Below are positions 28,152 through 38,732 of a DNA stretch of 64,000 nucleotides, piece by piece (the stretch's first letter is position 1; every line of letters starts with the position of its first letter). The notes under the pieces are model-generated. The model was not told where the DNA came from. It made no database searches and was given only the letters and a program-made list of their open reading frames with translations. A program made the position numbers and the translations under genes. This DNA comes from Candidatus Latescibacterota bacterium (GTDB lineage: Bacteria > Latescibacterota > UBA2968), in NCBI GenBank assembly GCA_965207885.1, contig OZ242311.1, positions 64,001-128,000 of the forward strand. Reading direction: 5' to 3'.

Positions 28152-30146
28152 ATGGCAGCAAATCAGGTCGTCGAACAAAACGGACAATACATCCCACCGC
28201 AAAATCTCAGCACCAATGCACATGTCCCCAGCATAGATGCCTACGGGAAACAATACGAAAAATCAATTGCCGATCCCGAAGCATTCTGGGTAGAAATTGC
28301 CAATACATTTCACTGGTACAAAAAATGGGACACCGTGCGGTCCTACAACTACAATATAGATAACGGGCCGATCTCTATCAAGTGGTTTGAAGGGGCCAGA
28401 ACCAACATCACGTACAACTGCATTGACCGTCACCTCGCGTCTCGAGGAGATCAAGTCGCCATCTTATGGGAAGGCAATGAGCCTGGTGAAGACGCCAAAC
28501 TCACCTATAGTGAACTGCATGAACAAGTCTGCAAATTTGCCAACGTACTCAAATCTCGAGGCGTAAAAAAAGGCGACTGCGTCTCCATCTACATGCCCAT
28601 GATCCCCGAACTCGCCATCGCTATGCTGGCCTGCGCGCGCATCGGCGCTGTCCACTCCATCGTCTTTGGCGGCTTCTCTGCCGAAGCACTGGCAGACCGC
28701 ATCGTCGATTCCGCCTGCCAGATCGTACTCACCACAGATGGCATGTTCCGAGGCGACCGCCCCATGGAACGCAAGCAACCCGCCGACGAAGCCATCGCAT
28801 TAGCCAACTCGCGCATGGGCAACATTAGTGTTCACACCTGCATCGTGGTCCAGCGCGTAGGTGAAGACAGTGGCATCGCATGTCCCATGCGTGAAGGACG
28901 CGACTTATGGTGGCACGAAGCCATGTCAGAAGCTGATGCCGACTGCCCCTGCGAAGAAATGGACGCCGAAGACCCGCTCTTCATCCTCTATACATCTGGC
29001 TCTACCGGCAAACCCAAAGGCGTACAGCACAACGTAGGTGGCTACATGGTGTACACGGGCTACACGCACAAAAACGTCTTTGACTATCAGGATGGCGACA
29101 TCTACTTTTGCGCCGCCGACATAGGCTGGATCACAGGTCACTCCTACATCATCTACGGACCCTTATCAAATGCCGCCACCACCATCATGTTTGAAAGCAC
29201 GCCCGTCTATCCCGACCCGGGCCGATATTGGCAGGTCATCGACAAATACAAAGTCAACCAATTCTACACTGCGCCCACAGCCATACGCGCCCTCACCCGA
29301 GAAGGCGACGAATGGCCCGCCAAATACGACCTGTCATCCCTCAAAATACTCGGCACTGTGGGCGAACCCATCAATCCCGAAGCCTGGCAATGGTATCACC
29401 GCAATATCGGGAGAGAGCGGTGTCCCATCGTAGATACCTGGTGGCAAACCGAAACCGGGGGCATCCTCATCAGTCCCCTGCCCGGTGCAACCCCCACCAA
29501 ACCCGGATCCGCGACTTTTCCCCTCTACGGCATCAAACCCGTGGTCCTCGAACCCGAATCGGGCAAAATCGTCGAAGGCAATGGCGTAGATGGCGTACTC
29601 GCCATCTCAGAACCCTGGCCGGGACAAATGCGCACCGTCTATGGCGATCACAAACGCTTTGAAGAAACCTACTTCCAGCAATACAAAGGCTTCTACTTCA
29701 CCGGTGACGGCTGTCGTCGAGATGAAGACGGCTACTACTGGATCACCGGCCGCGTAGATGACGTCATCAATATCTCGGGCCACCGCATGGGCACCGCCGA
29801 AGTCGAAAGCGCCCTGGTCTCACACGGAAAAGTGGCCGAAGCCGCTGTAGTGGGTTTCCCACACGAAATCAAAGGACAGGGCATCTATGCCTACGTCACC
29901 CTCAACGTGGGCGAAGCCTATACCGACGACCTCAAAGCCGAACTCGTCCAACAAGTCCGCACCGAAATCGGCCCCATCGCCACCCCGGACGTAATCCACT
30001 GGGCACCGGGCTTACCCAAAACGCGATCGGGCAAAATCATGCGCCGAATCCTGCGCAAAATCGCCGAAGACGACACCTCGGACCTCGGCGACACCTCCAC
30101 CCTCGCCGACCCAACCGTCGTTGACGACCTCCTCGCCAACCGGTAG
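28152..30146 (+). CDS. acs: Acetyl-CoA synthetase
   Basis: [49 protein letters not shown] motifs. Confidence 0.97.
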   Translation: MAANQVVEQNGQYIPPQNLSTNAHVPSIDAYGKQYEKSIADPEAFWVEIANTFHWYKKWDTVRSYNYNIDNGPISIKWFEGARTNITYNCIDRHLASRGDQVAILWEGNEPGEDAKLTYSELHEQVCKFANVLKSRGVKKGDCVSIYMPMIPELAIAMLACARIGAVHSIVFGGFSAEALADRIVDSACQIVLTTDGMFRGDRPMERKQPADEAIALANSRMGNISVHTCIVVQRVGEDSGIACPMREGRDLWWHEAMSEADADCPCEEMDAEDPLFILYTSGSTGKPKGVQHNVGGYMVYTGYTHKNVFDYQDGDIYFCAADIGWITGHSYIIYGPLSNAATTIMFESTPVYPDPGRYWQVIDKYKVNQFYTAPTAIRALTREGDEWPAKYDLSSLKILGTVGEPINPEAWQWYHRNIGRERCPIVDTWWQTETGGILISPLPGATPTKPGSATFPLYGIKPVVLEPESGKIVEGNGVDGVLAISEPWPGQMRTVYGDHKRFEETYFQQYKGFYFTGDGCRRDEDGYYWITGRVDDVINISGHRMGTAEVESALVSHGKVAEAAVVGFPHEIKGQGIYAYVTLNVGEAYTDDLKAELVQQVRTEIGPIATPDVIHWAPGLPKTRSGKIMRRILRKIAEDDTSDLGDTSTLADPTVVDDLLANR

Positions 30147-30151
30147 GATAC

Positions 30152-30185
30152 AAAAAAGCGGGCACAAAATCGTGCCCGCTTTTTT
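30152..30185. terminator. Bidirectional rho-independent terminator
   Basis: aaaaaagcgggcac...gtgcccgctttttt. Confidence 0.88.
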
Positions 30186-30199
30186 AATCAACCATCATC

Positions 30200-30514
30200 T
30201 CACGGCACTGCGTCATCTAACATATGTTCAAATGCTTCAAGACTGGACACCTGGACCGCCGAGCGGAGCACCTGTTTGAGGCGTTGCAAATCTTCAATGG
30301 CGGCAATGCGAGCAGATAGGGGATCTGTCGCGCGGAGATCAAATCGAATCTCCAAAACATCAAGAATATCTGCAATAGCGCGGTCTCTTTCACCTCGCTT
30401 AAGGCCCTGCTCAAGGCCCTGCTCAAGGCCCTGCTCAAGGCCCTCTTCTCTGGCTTCCTCTCTGCTTTGTTGGGTAAGGGATTGAAAAAGAGATGATTCG
30501 CGCAAGATGTCCAT
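30200..30514 (-). CDS. Predicted intragenic small Rpn product (RpnS-like antitoxin, 104 aa)
   Basis: In-frame ATG 30514 preceded by AAGGAGG with a 5-nt spacer. Confidence 0.65.
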   Translation of the reverse strand: MDILRESSLFQSLTQQSREEAREEGLEQGLEQGLEQGLKRGERDRAIADILDVLEIRFDLRATDPLSARIAAIEDLQRLKQVLRSAVQVSSLEAFEHMLDDAVP

Positions 30515-31153
30515 GATGCCCTCCTTGAAAATAATATTAGAAATCGTTTCAGACGCATATACCAACTCGCTCAACGCCACCATCCCTGCCAGATAATCCG
30601 CCCTATATGACCGAGCGATGGGACGCGTCCGAGCCGTGTGAATACACTGATGCAACCACGCATCCGAAGCCATCCCTTCAGGTGGCTTCATCAATGGCGT
30701 GAAGGGTATCAGACCCGATTGCCCCGATTCGAGGACGCGCTCGCCTTCTATCTCAATCAGTCTGATCACGCGATACCGAATTGTGATTTCGTAGTCAAGA
30801 TGCGCCTGGACATAGTACCCGGTATCGTGCTGCCCCGCATTGGGACGCAGGTAGATCACGTTGGAATAAATCGGCAGACCGTATTGCCGAATCGCATGTC
30901 CGATATAGCCCGCCATGCGGCGCGGCATAGGCGGATTGGTGCTGTCAGTGGTTTGAAACTCGTTGTGGACCAATACCTCCTCGTCATCGATACGCACGCG
31001 AATCAGGCTATCGGTCTGGTGTGCTTCAACAGTGTATTGTTCTGTGTCAATAACTGCGAGAACTTCAATGTCCTCGCGCCCGAGGGTAAAGCCAGCAAAG
31101 TCGTGGGGATATTTCTGAATCAAGTGTTTGGATATCGTATCAAATTCGGCCAT
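30200..31153 (-). CDS. Rpn family recombination-promoting nuclease / PD-(D/E)XK putative transposase
   Basis: FDTISKHL, TDSL, VHNEFQT, MPRRMAGY, VIYL motifs; C-terminal (GLEQ)n repeats. Confidence 0.88.
   Translation of the reverse strand: MAEFDTISKHLIQKYPHDFAGFTLGREDIEVLAVIDTEQYTVEAHQTDSLIRVRIDDEEVLVHNEFQTTDSTNPPMPRRMAGYIGHAIRQYGLPIYSNVIYLRPNAGQHDTGYYVQAHLDYEITIRYRVIRLIEIEGERVLESGQSGLIPFTPLMKPPEGMASDAWLHQCIHTARTRPIARSYRADYLAGMVALSELVYASETISNIIFKEGIMDILRESSLFQSLTQQSREEAREEGLEQGLEQGLEQGLKRGERDRAIADILDVLEIRFDLRATDPLSARIAAIEDLQRLKQVLRSAVQVSSLEAFEHMLDDAVP
30401..30444. repeat. 12-bp tandem repeat (GLEQ x3.7) in Rpn
   Basis: aaggccctgctc three times plus aaggccct. Confidence 0.9.
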
Positions 31154-31402
31154 GTGAGATGCCTGGTCTGAGGGTTGGTCGTATTTTGGACAAACGCAAC
31201 AATCAGAACTCAAGCAAATATCAGGCCAATTATCACAGAATTGAGCGATAAATTGCATATAAGCATCTCATTATGCTTTCAATATGCGGTATTGCGCTGT
31301 GGTTCACAACTTGAATTTGTGGATCGCCTGTTTGGCACAGAACACGCCCTGAATATTTTGAGCGATAAATGGGCGGTCATGTGAAAGATATGTGCCACTT
31401 GC

Positions 31403-31449
31403 TTGATATGATGGACCCAAGTCTGTGATCTTCTCATTTCAAACATCTC
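31403..31449. repeat. Degenerate partial copy of the island junction repeat
   Basis: ttgatatgatggacccaagtctgtgatcttctcatttcaaacatctc aligns with 40089-40136. Confidence 0.6.
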
Positions 31450-31484
31450 GGTGCTTGCCAATCGCAGGCCAACTAATAAAACCC

Positions 31485-31527
31485 CTTGTCAGAATCAGGA
31501 TGGGTAGGATGTGAGGATTTACAGGAT
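31485..31527. repeat. Small intergenic repeat element (aggat iterations)
   Basis: tgtcagaatcaggat-gggtaggat-gtgaggat-ttacaggat resembles dispersed REP-like repeats. Confidence 0.45.
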
Positions 31528-31537
31528 ACTCACCCGC

Positions 31538-32968
31538 TCAAACACTTTCGCTCTTAACCCTACGGTGTCGGAAAACTTCGCGGCAATGATAGTCATATCG
31601 CACAGACTTGATGTCCAATACAAGGATGCTTTTCATATCCAGTCGCAAGGTTGGTTCACTGTATGTGGGCAATTCCTCATCTTCATTATCTCCTAGAGAG
31701 AACGAGTAGATATCCACAAGAGTTGCATCGTCGTTTCGAGGCGGCGTTGAATGAGTCAGAGGTACGGTTTCGAACACATTGATATGCCTGATATAGCTGT
31801 CATCATCTTCGTCGTGATCTTCGTCATATTTGTCGTAGAGGCTATAAACCTCCACTTCTGTACCTTCGGGGAAGTCATCGGGTGCTACGCTAGAAGCGTG
31901 GTTGAACAGCACCACATTGCGGCCACAACTGGTCTGCGATGAGCGGAAGATGATTCCGTCCAACGGCGTATTCAGCTTGTTAGCCAAGTATTCGGCTACG
32001 GCTTGGGAGGGGAGGTATTCGAACGCTTCGTCCTGGGGCATTACTGGTCGGCAGATCTCGTGCGCCAGTGATCGGAGGGACGCTACACGACCTTCGAGTT
32101 TGTAGTAATCAGGATCGAAGTGGCTGGCGTCAATGTTCCAGATTTCTGTCAATGCTTCAAGGTCCAACAGCCTTACAGAACGCAGTAGTTCAAATTTGGC
32201 CACTACTACTTGGCTACCTACCGGGGCGCGGAGTTCGGCTATGCAGGTGTCTTTCTCCATTGCACCGTAGAAAACCGGAATACCCGACGCATTCATCCGT
32301 CCGCCCTTGGCGAGACGCGGCGGTGGTGTGCCAATCTCGTGAGATGGTGACTTCAAGATGGCTTCAAGCTCTTTGCTCGACTGTGCCGTGCGGCCCCGCC
32401 AAATATAACCGCTTTCGCTATTCGGATTGATTTCGCGTATCACCGGTTTGCTGCGGAACGTCTTCTGTGTACCCAAATCGTCGAAGATGTACTTCAGTTC
32501 ATCTTCAGCATACGTGTTGAAGAACCGACCATGGGAGCGTATTTGTTCACAAAACGTCTTCCAAGCTGAGTCTTCCGTCCCCTTCTCTTCGTAACAGGCA
32601 TCGCTACTGTAAGGATTTTCCTCGCCATCCTTGATGGCCCGGTAGCCATAGCGGCTCGATAATAACTCCATCACATCTGTAACGATCTCTCCTCCTAATC
32701 CTGTAATGTCAGCAATGACATGCTCAACTAAGTCACCGGCCCGTTCCCACAGCCCCTCTTTGGCCAGCGCATATTCGTGCCCAATGGGCTGGCTAGAGGT
32801 GAGTTCAAAATGTTCTTGTAGAACTTCGTGGATACGTTGAGCCAAATCATCCACTGGTAATGCCTCACCAACTGCATTACAATAGCTACATGCAACGCGG
32901 GTTCCTTCCGCACGCACAACTTTGACCAGAAACGGATCGCTGATGCAATCATGGCAGACGTAGTCCAT
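31538..32968 (-). CDS. RES domain protein with an N-terminal Cys-rich (HEPN/RES-associated) domain
   Basis: CHDC..CSYC N-terminus; WRGR, GRMNASGIPVFYGA, CIAE, EYLPSQ and GIIFRSS motifs. Start 32968 (GAGG) or 32989. Confidence 0.88.
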   Translation of the reverse strand: MDYVCHDCISDPFLVKVVRAEGTRVACSYCNAVGEALPVDDLAQRIHEVLQEHFELTSSQPIGHEYALAKEGLWERAGDLVEHVIADITGLGGEIVTDVMELLSSRYGYRAIKDGEENPYSSDACYEEKGTEDSAWKTFCEQIRSHGRFFNTYAEDELKYIFDDLGTQKTFRSKPVIREINPNSESGYIWRGRTAQSSKELEAILKSPSHEIGTPPPRLAKGGRMNASGIPVFYGAMEKDTCIAELRAPVGSQVVVAKFELLRSVRLLDLEALTEIWNIDASHFDPDYYKLEGRVASLRSLAHEICRPVMPQDEAFEYLPSQAVAEYLANKLNTPLDGIIFRSSQTSCGRNVVLFNHASSVAPDDFPEGTEVEVYSLYDKYDEDHDEDDDSYIRHINVFETVPLTHSTPPRNDDATLVDIYSFSLGDNEDEELPTYSEPTLRLDMKSILVLDIKSVRYDYHCREVFRHRRVKSESV

Positions 32969-33062
32969 ATATATATCCTCTGTAGTCATTCGATTCTGTA
33001 GTCATTCGATATCTCCATAGCTAATACTGTGAACAATTTTAGATGTTACTGAAACATATAAG

Positions 33063-36000
33063 TTATGACCCTTCTTTGCCGAAGCTTCTTCCAAAGATCA
33101 GAAAATCGCCAAATCCAATTACGCCATCGCTATCCAGATCGTACTTCGCGTCATACTGCTCATCGCCGCGACTTAATCCAAACTGGCTTGCAAAGAGCAA
33201 AAAGTCACTCAAATCAACCCGCCCATCGCCATTAAAGTCAGGATCAGGAGTTTGAGGTGTAATGTATAGCGACATATCCCACACCAGAACCGTGCCATCA
33301 TTTGATCCTGAAACGAGCGTTGTGCCATCGGACGAAAATGCTACAGAATTGACAAATCCCGTATGACCTTCGAGAGTGGTGATATTTTCTCTTGTCGCAA
33401 CATTCCAAAGTTTGACCGTTCTATCCTCTGAACCTGAGACGAGTATTCTCCCATCAGGGGAAAATGCTACAGATTCGACACTATACGCATGCCCGGATAG
33501 AGTAGTGATATTTTCTTTTGTCACAACATCCCAGAGTTTGACCGTTTTATCTCGTGACCCTGAGGCAAGCGTTGTGCCGTCAGGTGAAAATACCACAGCT
33601 TCAACGAAGCTACTATGCCTTAGAGTAGCGATATTTTGTCTTTTTGGAATGTTCCATAATATAATTGTGTTATCCTTAGAACCCGAAGCGAGCGTTGTAC
33701 CATCGGGCGAAAATGCTACAGAAGTGACATTTACCGTATGCCCTTCAAGGGTGATGATATTTTCTTTTTTTGCAACATCCCAAAGTTTGACCGTTTTATC
33801 TGATCCAGAAGCAAGGGTTGTACCATCAAGCGAAAACGCTACAGAAGTGACACTACTCATACGCTCCGCAAGAGTAGTTATATTGTACCCCGTTGCAACG
33901 TTCCATAGTTTGATGGTGCCGGAATTTAACCCTAAAGCGAGCGTTGTACCATCAGGTGAAAACGCAATAGACAGGATATCACCTATATTACTCTCCGCAA
34001 GTGTGGTGATATTTTGTGTCGCAAAGTCCCAAATGACCATACCAGAATTTGACCCTAAAGCAAGGGTTGTACCATCGGGCGAAAACACCAAAGAGTTGAC
34101 ACTACCTGTATGCCCCGAAAGTGTGGTGATATTTTGCGTCGCAACATCCCATAGGTTGACGGTATTATCCTCTGCCCCTGAGACGAGTATTCTCCCATCA
34201 GGCGAAAAATCCACAGAGTTGACAGCATCCGTATGCCTCACAAGCGTAGCGATATTTGTTCGCATCACCATGTCCCACAGCTTGATCGTACCATCCTCTG
34301 ATCCTGAAGCGAGCATTGTGCCATCAGGTGAAAACGCTACCGATTTAACCCCAGCCCTATGTCCCGCAAATGTGGCGGTATTTGTTCGCATCGCCATATC
34401 CCATAGCTTGACCGTACCATCCTCCGATCCCGATGCAAGCGTTATTCCATTGGGGGAAAACGCAATAGAATTGACAAACACCGTATGTCCCTCAAAAGTC
34501 GCAATATTTTGTCTTGTCTCTATATTCCACAGATCAACTGTCTTGCCCATGAACGTGTCATCGAATAAACCTGAGGCGAGCATTGTACCATCTGGAGAGA
34601 ACGCAACAGAATAGATAAAACCCGTATACCGCCCAGGAAGGGTAGCGATATTACGCCCTGTTGTAACATCCCATAGTTTGACCGTACCATCCCATTCCCC
34701 AGACCCGGAAGCAAGTATTTTTCCATCAGGTGAAAACGCAACAGAACTAACAGATCTTGCTGTATGAAAAGTCGCTATATTTTCTCCTTTATCCATATTC
34801 CACAGCTTGACCATTTGATCATTTGACCCTGAAGCGAGCATTGTGCCATCAGGTGAAAACGCAATAGAATAAATAGAGCTCGTATGCCCCGTGAATAGTG
34901 CGAGTTCACGCAATGTCGCCACATCGTAAATCCACACACCAATGCCACTTGCCACAGCGAGGCGTTGACCATCGGGCGAAAACGCTACTGCTCTATCGCC
35001 ATAGCTAATGTGTCCTTTTCCCAAGCGGATGATCGCAGCGTTAGGTAAATGCCAAGTTGGATAATCACCCCCTATAATCGGCGTGTTAGATGTTCTAACT
35101 CCTTCTGAGTTGAAGGACACCTCAATTTTATCAACAATCCCAGTGACAAATGCCTTAACAGTATTTGTTCCAAGATTTGGACCAAGAGTAAGCGTACTCT
35201 GTGCTCTACCGTTGGCATCAGTCGTTCTGTTCTCAACAGTAAATCGCCCGTTGAGTTTCCCATCGCCTGTAGTAACAGTAAATATGACTTGAACACCTTC
35301 AAGTAAATTCCCATTTTGATCTCTCACTTCAACCACAAAAGGATTATCCAATTGAGCATTGACCAGTCCTTGCTGGTTTTCACCTGAGATTTGCACAAGC
35401 GTTTTAGGACGCGGCCCAAGCACATCCCACAAAATGGCTGTGCCATCGCTTGCCCCTGAAGCGAGAGTCGTGCCATCGGGCGAAAATGCAAGAGAAAAGA
35501 TACCTTGTCCCCCATGCCTATAAGTCGCGATATTTTGTCCCGTTACAACATCCCATAACTTGATCGTGTTATTCAATGATCCTCGAATATTATCATATGA
35601 CCCCGAGGCGAGGGTTGCACCATCGGGTGAGAATGCAACAGAACCGACCAAAGACTTATGCCCTTCAAAGGTGGCGATATTAGTTTGTGTCGCTATGTCC
35701 CATAGCTTGACCGTATTATCCTCTGCCCCTGAGGCGAGGATTGTACCATCAGACGAAAACGCAACAGAACCGACTCCTTTCGCATGTTCAAGGGTAGTGA
35801 TGTTTCGCCTCGTTGACACATCCCATAGCCAAATAGTGCCTACGCCTGCTAAACTCGCTCCGCCCCATGCCAGGGTTGTGCCATCAGGCGAAAACATAAT
35901 AGAAGTGATATAGTCAACATCTCTGAGAGAAATATCACTATATGTGGCGATATTTTGTTTCGTCATAATGTCATATAGCTTGACTGTGAGACCTGACGAA

Positions 36001-37505
36001 AAAACAGAAACGGATGCCAGCGTTTTCCTGTCTGGCAAGAACGCCAAAGACGCGACAGAACCCGTATTTTCGAGTACAGCGATATTTTCTTTTTCTGTAA
36101 TGTCCCATAGTCTGACAGTCTTCTCTCCTAATCCTCCTATAGCGAGGGTCGCCCCATCAGGCGAAAACGCAACAGAACTCCTCCCTACTGTATGAAAAGT
36201 CGCGATATTTTCTTTTTTTGCCATATTCCATAGCTTGATTGTGCCATTCTTGTCATTCTCTGAATTTGAAGCAAGTATCGCCCCAGTGGATGAAAATGTC
36301 ACAGAACCGATACCATCTGTATGTCCCTCAAGGGTGGCGATATAGTGTGGAGAAATTTCCCAAAGGTAAAAACTCGTCCGGCTCACATTTCCTTCCGTAT
36401 CAATTGCCTCAATAGAAATCGGATGCACATCAGGATTGGAAAGGCTCGTGAGACCCTGAATAACGCTGTCAAAGCCCAAACTAAATACAGAGACGGATGG
36501 AATAATGCCGTCATAATCAAATTCAACGACGGACTCTCTTGCACCATTCAATCCACGACACGCCTTTACACTTTCACCAGATGCCTTTACACTTTCACCA
36601 GCGAATAGTATTACTTGATGAAGTCCATCTGAATCGCTGACTTTGAGTCGAATGGAGACGCTTGTTGAGCCTCTGGGATAGCCCGTCTGTGAAATGAGTT
36701 CGATTGTTGGCGACAGCACTTCTTGCGCTTCAACACTGGGATTGAAGTAGGGATGTACAGCTAAAAATTCGGCACTACACACAGATAACCGATCCCATCC
36801 TGGACCATACGACATGATGTAATTGCCATCCCTGAAATCGTGCGACAATCCAAAAGTATGTCCGAGTTCATGTGCTGCCGTTACCCAGCTCAATCCACCA
36901 GGAACCAACGCAAATCCGCCATTTTTTCCTCTGTAGCTTGCTATTCCGGCCACACGCTGACCACCAGTACCAATTGCATCTGTACTATTATCAACGACGA
37001 TGAAGTAAATATTCTTTTTCACATCAAACGCCTGTTCAATCTCATCAAGCACGGTAAGAGATGTATTGTCAAGATAGTGGCTATCTGGGTACTGACCATC
37101 CACGCGATGAATCATCGGATCGCCTCGTACATCGGTTTCAAAGCGAAAAGTTTTGCGCCCCTGTCCACGCGCCTCCATCTGCTCGGCATAAAAGATCTGA
37201 ATCTGGCGAATTGTCACTTTCATCGAATCCACCACTTCCTGGCGAAACGAACGGTCATTCGGCAAGAAGTAGATCATCCGCACAGTGCGGGATTCGCCAA
37301 CGTTCAGATTAAGCGCGTGCTTTGTGGCGGCATAGATGCTATCGCGTGCTCGCATATCTTCAAGATTGAGAGGCAGGCAGAAATGCACATTGTTCTCGGC
37401 GGATGGTTGTGGAGAAGCATGACCGATAGACGAGAGGCAAAGTAACGCGAATATGCACGCGATCAATACTCTTGGAGAGAGAAAACAAACAAGTGATTTT
37501 TTCAT
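33063..37505 (-). CDS. Secreted multidomain protein: zinc metallopeptidase-like domain, two WD40 arrays, Ig-like (Big_1) domain and EF-hand/dockerin-like tail
   Basis: Signal peptide; HELGHTFGLSH; about 20 GH..V.SVAFSPDG..LASGS.D.TVKLWD repeats; ISGENQQG...TTDANGRA; DFNGDGRVDLSDF. Confidence 0.9.
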   Translation of the reverse strand: MKKSLVCFLSPRVLIACIFALLCLSSIGHASPQPSAENNVHFCLPLNLEDMRARDSIYAATKHALNLNVGESRTVRMIYFLPNDRSFRQEVVDSMKVTIRQIQIFYAEQMEARGQGRKTFRFETDVRGDPMIHRVDGQYPDSHYLDNTSLTVLDEIEQAFDVKKNIYFIVVDNSTDAIGTGGQRVAGIASYRGKNGGFALVPGGLSWVTAAHELGHTFGLSHDFRDGNYIMSYGPGWDRLSVCSAEFLAVHPYFNPSVEAQEVLSPTIELISQTGYPRGSTSVSIRLKVSDSDGLHQVILFAGESVKASGESVKACRGLNGARESVVEFDYDGIIPSVSVFSLGFDSVIQGLTSLSNPDVHPISIEAIDTEGNVSRTSFYLWEISPHYIATLEGHTDGIGSVTFSSTGAILASNSENDKNGTIKLWNMAKKENIATFHTVGRSSVAFSPDGATLAIGGLGEKTVRLWDITEKENIAVLENTGSVASLAFLPDRKTLASVSVFSSGLTVKLYDIMTKQNIATYSDISLRDVDYITSIMFSPDGTTLAWGGASLAGVGTIWLWDVSTRRNITTLEHAKGVGSVAFSSDGTILASGAEDNTVKLWDIATQTNIATFEGHKSLVGSVAFSPDGATLASGSYDNIRGSLNNTIKLWDVVTGQNIATYRHGGQGIFSLAFSPDGTTLASGASDGTAILWDVLGPRPKTLVQISGENQQGLVNAQLDNPFVVEVRDQNGNLLEGVQVIFTVTTGDGKLNGRFTVENRTTDANGRAQSTLTLGPNLGTNTVKAFVTGIVDKIEVSFNSEGVRTSNTPIIGGDYPTWHLPNAAIIRLGKGHISYGDRAVAFSPDGQRLAVASGIGVWIYDVATLRELALFTGHTSSIYSIAFSPDGTMLASGSNDQMVKLWNMDKGENIATFHTARSVSSVAFSPDGKILASGSGEWDGTVKLWDVTTGRNIATLPGRYTGFIYSVAFSPDGTMLASGLFDDTFMGKTVDLWNIETRQNIATFEGHTVFVNSIAFSPNGITLASGSEDGTVKLWDMAMRTNTATFAGHRAGVKSVAFSPDGTMLASGSEDGTIKLWDMVMRTNIATLVRHTDAVNSVDFSPDGRILVSGAEDNTVNLWDVATQNITTLSGHTGSVNSLVFSPDGTTLALGSNSGMVIWDFATQNITTLAESNIGDILSIAFSPDGTTLALGLNSGTIKLWNVATGYNITTLAERMSSVTSVAFSLDGTTLASGSDKTVKLWDVAKKENIITLEGHTVNVTSVAFSPDGTTLASGSKDNTIILWNIPKRQNIATLRHSSFVEAVVFSPDGTTLASGSRDKTVKLWDVVTKENITTLSGHAYSVESVAFSPDGRILVSGSEDRTVKLWNVATRENITTLEGHTGFVNSVAFSSDGTTLVSGSNDGTVLVWDMSLYITPQTPDPDFNGDGRVDLSDFLLFASQFGLSRGDEQYDAKYDLDSDGVIGFGDFLIFGRSFGKEGS
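36562..36601. repeat. In-frame 21-bp tandem duplication (GESVKAS GESVKAC)
   Basis: gcctttacactttcaccag occurs at 36562 and 36583. Confidence 0.85.
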
Positions 37506-37638
37506 TGGTATTGTGATCCTTATAATACTTTGGACAGTGGGGACAGATAGTGTAATAACCTTAAATATCTGTGAGTCCCTGCATCTTCAAAGTCTTATTG
37601 AGATGCTCAAGGATAAGATACTCTTTTCGCTGATCAAA

Positions 37639-38433
37639 TCATTCATCCAAGTTGGTGTCCAATTTAATCGCGAGAAAGTCATTGAGGGCGATTCGCCACT
37701 TTTCGCGTATATGCGGGTATTGCATACAGTAATTTCTAATCGTTTGCACTAATTCATCCGGCTCGGGAGCTATCAAACCAGCCTGAACTTGTATTTTTTT
37801 CAGAAGCGCCGTTTCAGCCTGGACCCAGTCTATTGACAACAACCGTGTGTCCATGTTATCCTCGGTCGCTCGTACAGATAAACCTTCAGGAACTCGACTA
37901 CGGTAGCAATCCGATAGCGTTAAAAACGGACCCGATGGCACTTTGTTGTGAAGACCATATGCGCGGATGAAGGCGGTTCCCATTACAGTGGACAAAGTCA
38001 TGAGTCCTCTACCCAGGTGGACGCGACCATCGCGGTAACACTCCGTTACTTCTCGCGGATAGCATCCTTGAATGTCTCCGAACTCTCCTTCCGCTATTGT
38101 TGCTGCTGCAAATTTGCCGGTAGCCGCCACATGGCGCATCAGAGCAATCGCGATGGAGATAGGACGTTCAAGTGAACACTCCCCAAAATTGCTCACGATG
38201 GCGAAGCCATCCCCCATCTGATGCACAAACAGTCGGTCATCGTCGTTTGGATAGACCTTAGTGCCAATTCGAAAGAGAGCACGCATCAGTTCTCTAAGAG
38301 GGTAAAATGCCTCCCAATCCCCCTTATCTCCCCAGAAATGGCTAAATCCAAGGATATCGATGTAGATGCACCAACGCTGAGACATGGTAGTGCCATTCTC
38401 ACTCAAACAATTGCTGCGAGATTCCGTAGTCAT
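37639..38433 (-). CDS. Hypothetical protein with class III nucleotidyl cyclase-like motifs
   Basis: YIDILGFS, MGDGFAIVS, IAEGE and MGTAFIRAY motifs. ATGA overlap with the upstream gene. Confidence 0.6.
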   Translation of the reverse strand: MTTESRSNCLSENGTTMSQRWCIYIDILGFSHFWGDKGDWEAFYPLRELMRALFRIGTKVYPNDDDRLFVHQMGDGFAIVSNFGECSLERPISIAIALMRHVAATGKFAAATIAEGEFGDIQGCYPREVTECYRDGRVHLGRGLMTLSTVMGTAFIRAYGLHNKVPSGPFLTLSDCYRSRVPEGLSVRATEDNMDTRLLSIDWVQAETALLKKIQVQAGLIAPEPDELVQTIRNYCMQYPHIREKWRIALNDFLAIKLDTNLDE

Positions 38434-38732
38434 TTCACCAACCCCTTTTTCCGGCCGCGGCGTAATGTGCGTTTTTGATCTGCGGGGTTTGAGGGATAGG
38501 CGGTGATGACGCGCCCGTCTCGTATCACGACCTTGCGATTCACAAGCCGACTCAACGTCTGTATCTCTCGCTTGCGGGTCTCAATCTCGCGGGCGGCATC
38601 CCGGTTACGCATAAAATAGGTCTCGTCGTCAATCTGCGTGCCATACGCGAGAATAATCGGAATATCTGCTTTGCGAATGCCGCGCTGCTGCATGCGTGTT
38701 TTACCGTGCCGGGTATAGATGAGATCCGTCAT
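38430..38732 (-). CDS. DUF4258-like protein (RelE/BrnT-type toxin fold)
   Basis: YTRHGKTRMQQRGI...VITAY; basic, 100 aa. Confidence 0.75.
   Translation of the reverse strand: MTDLIYTRHGKTRMQQRGIRKADIPIILAYGTQIDDETYFMRNRDAAREIETRKREIQTLSRLVNRKVVIRDGRVITAYPSNPADQKRTLRRGRKKGLVK

Noticed and set aside
33376-34614. 412-aa plus-strand ORF
   Set aside because: Antisense shadow of the WD40 repeats.
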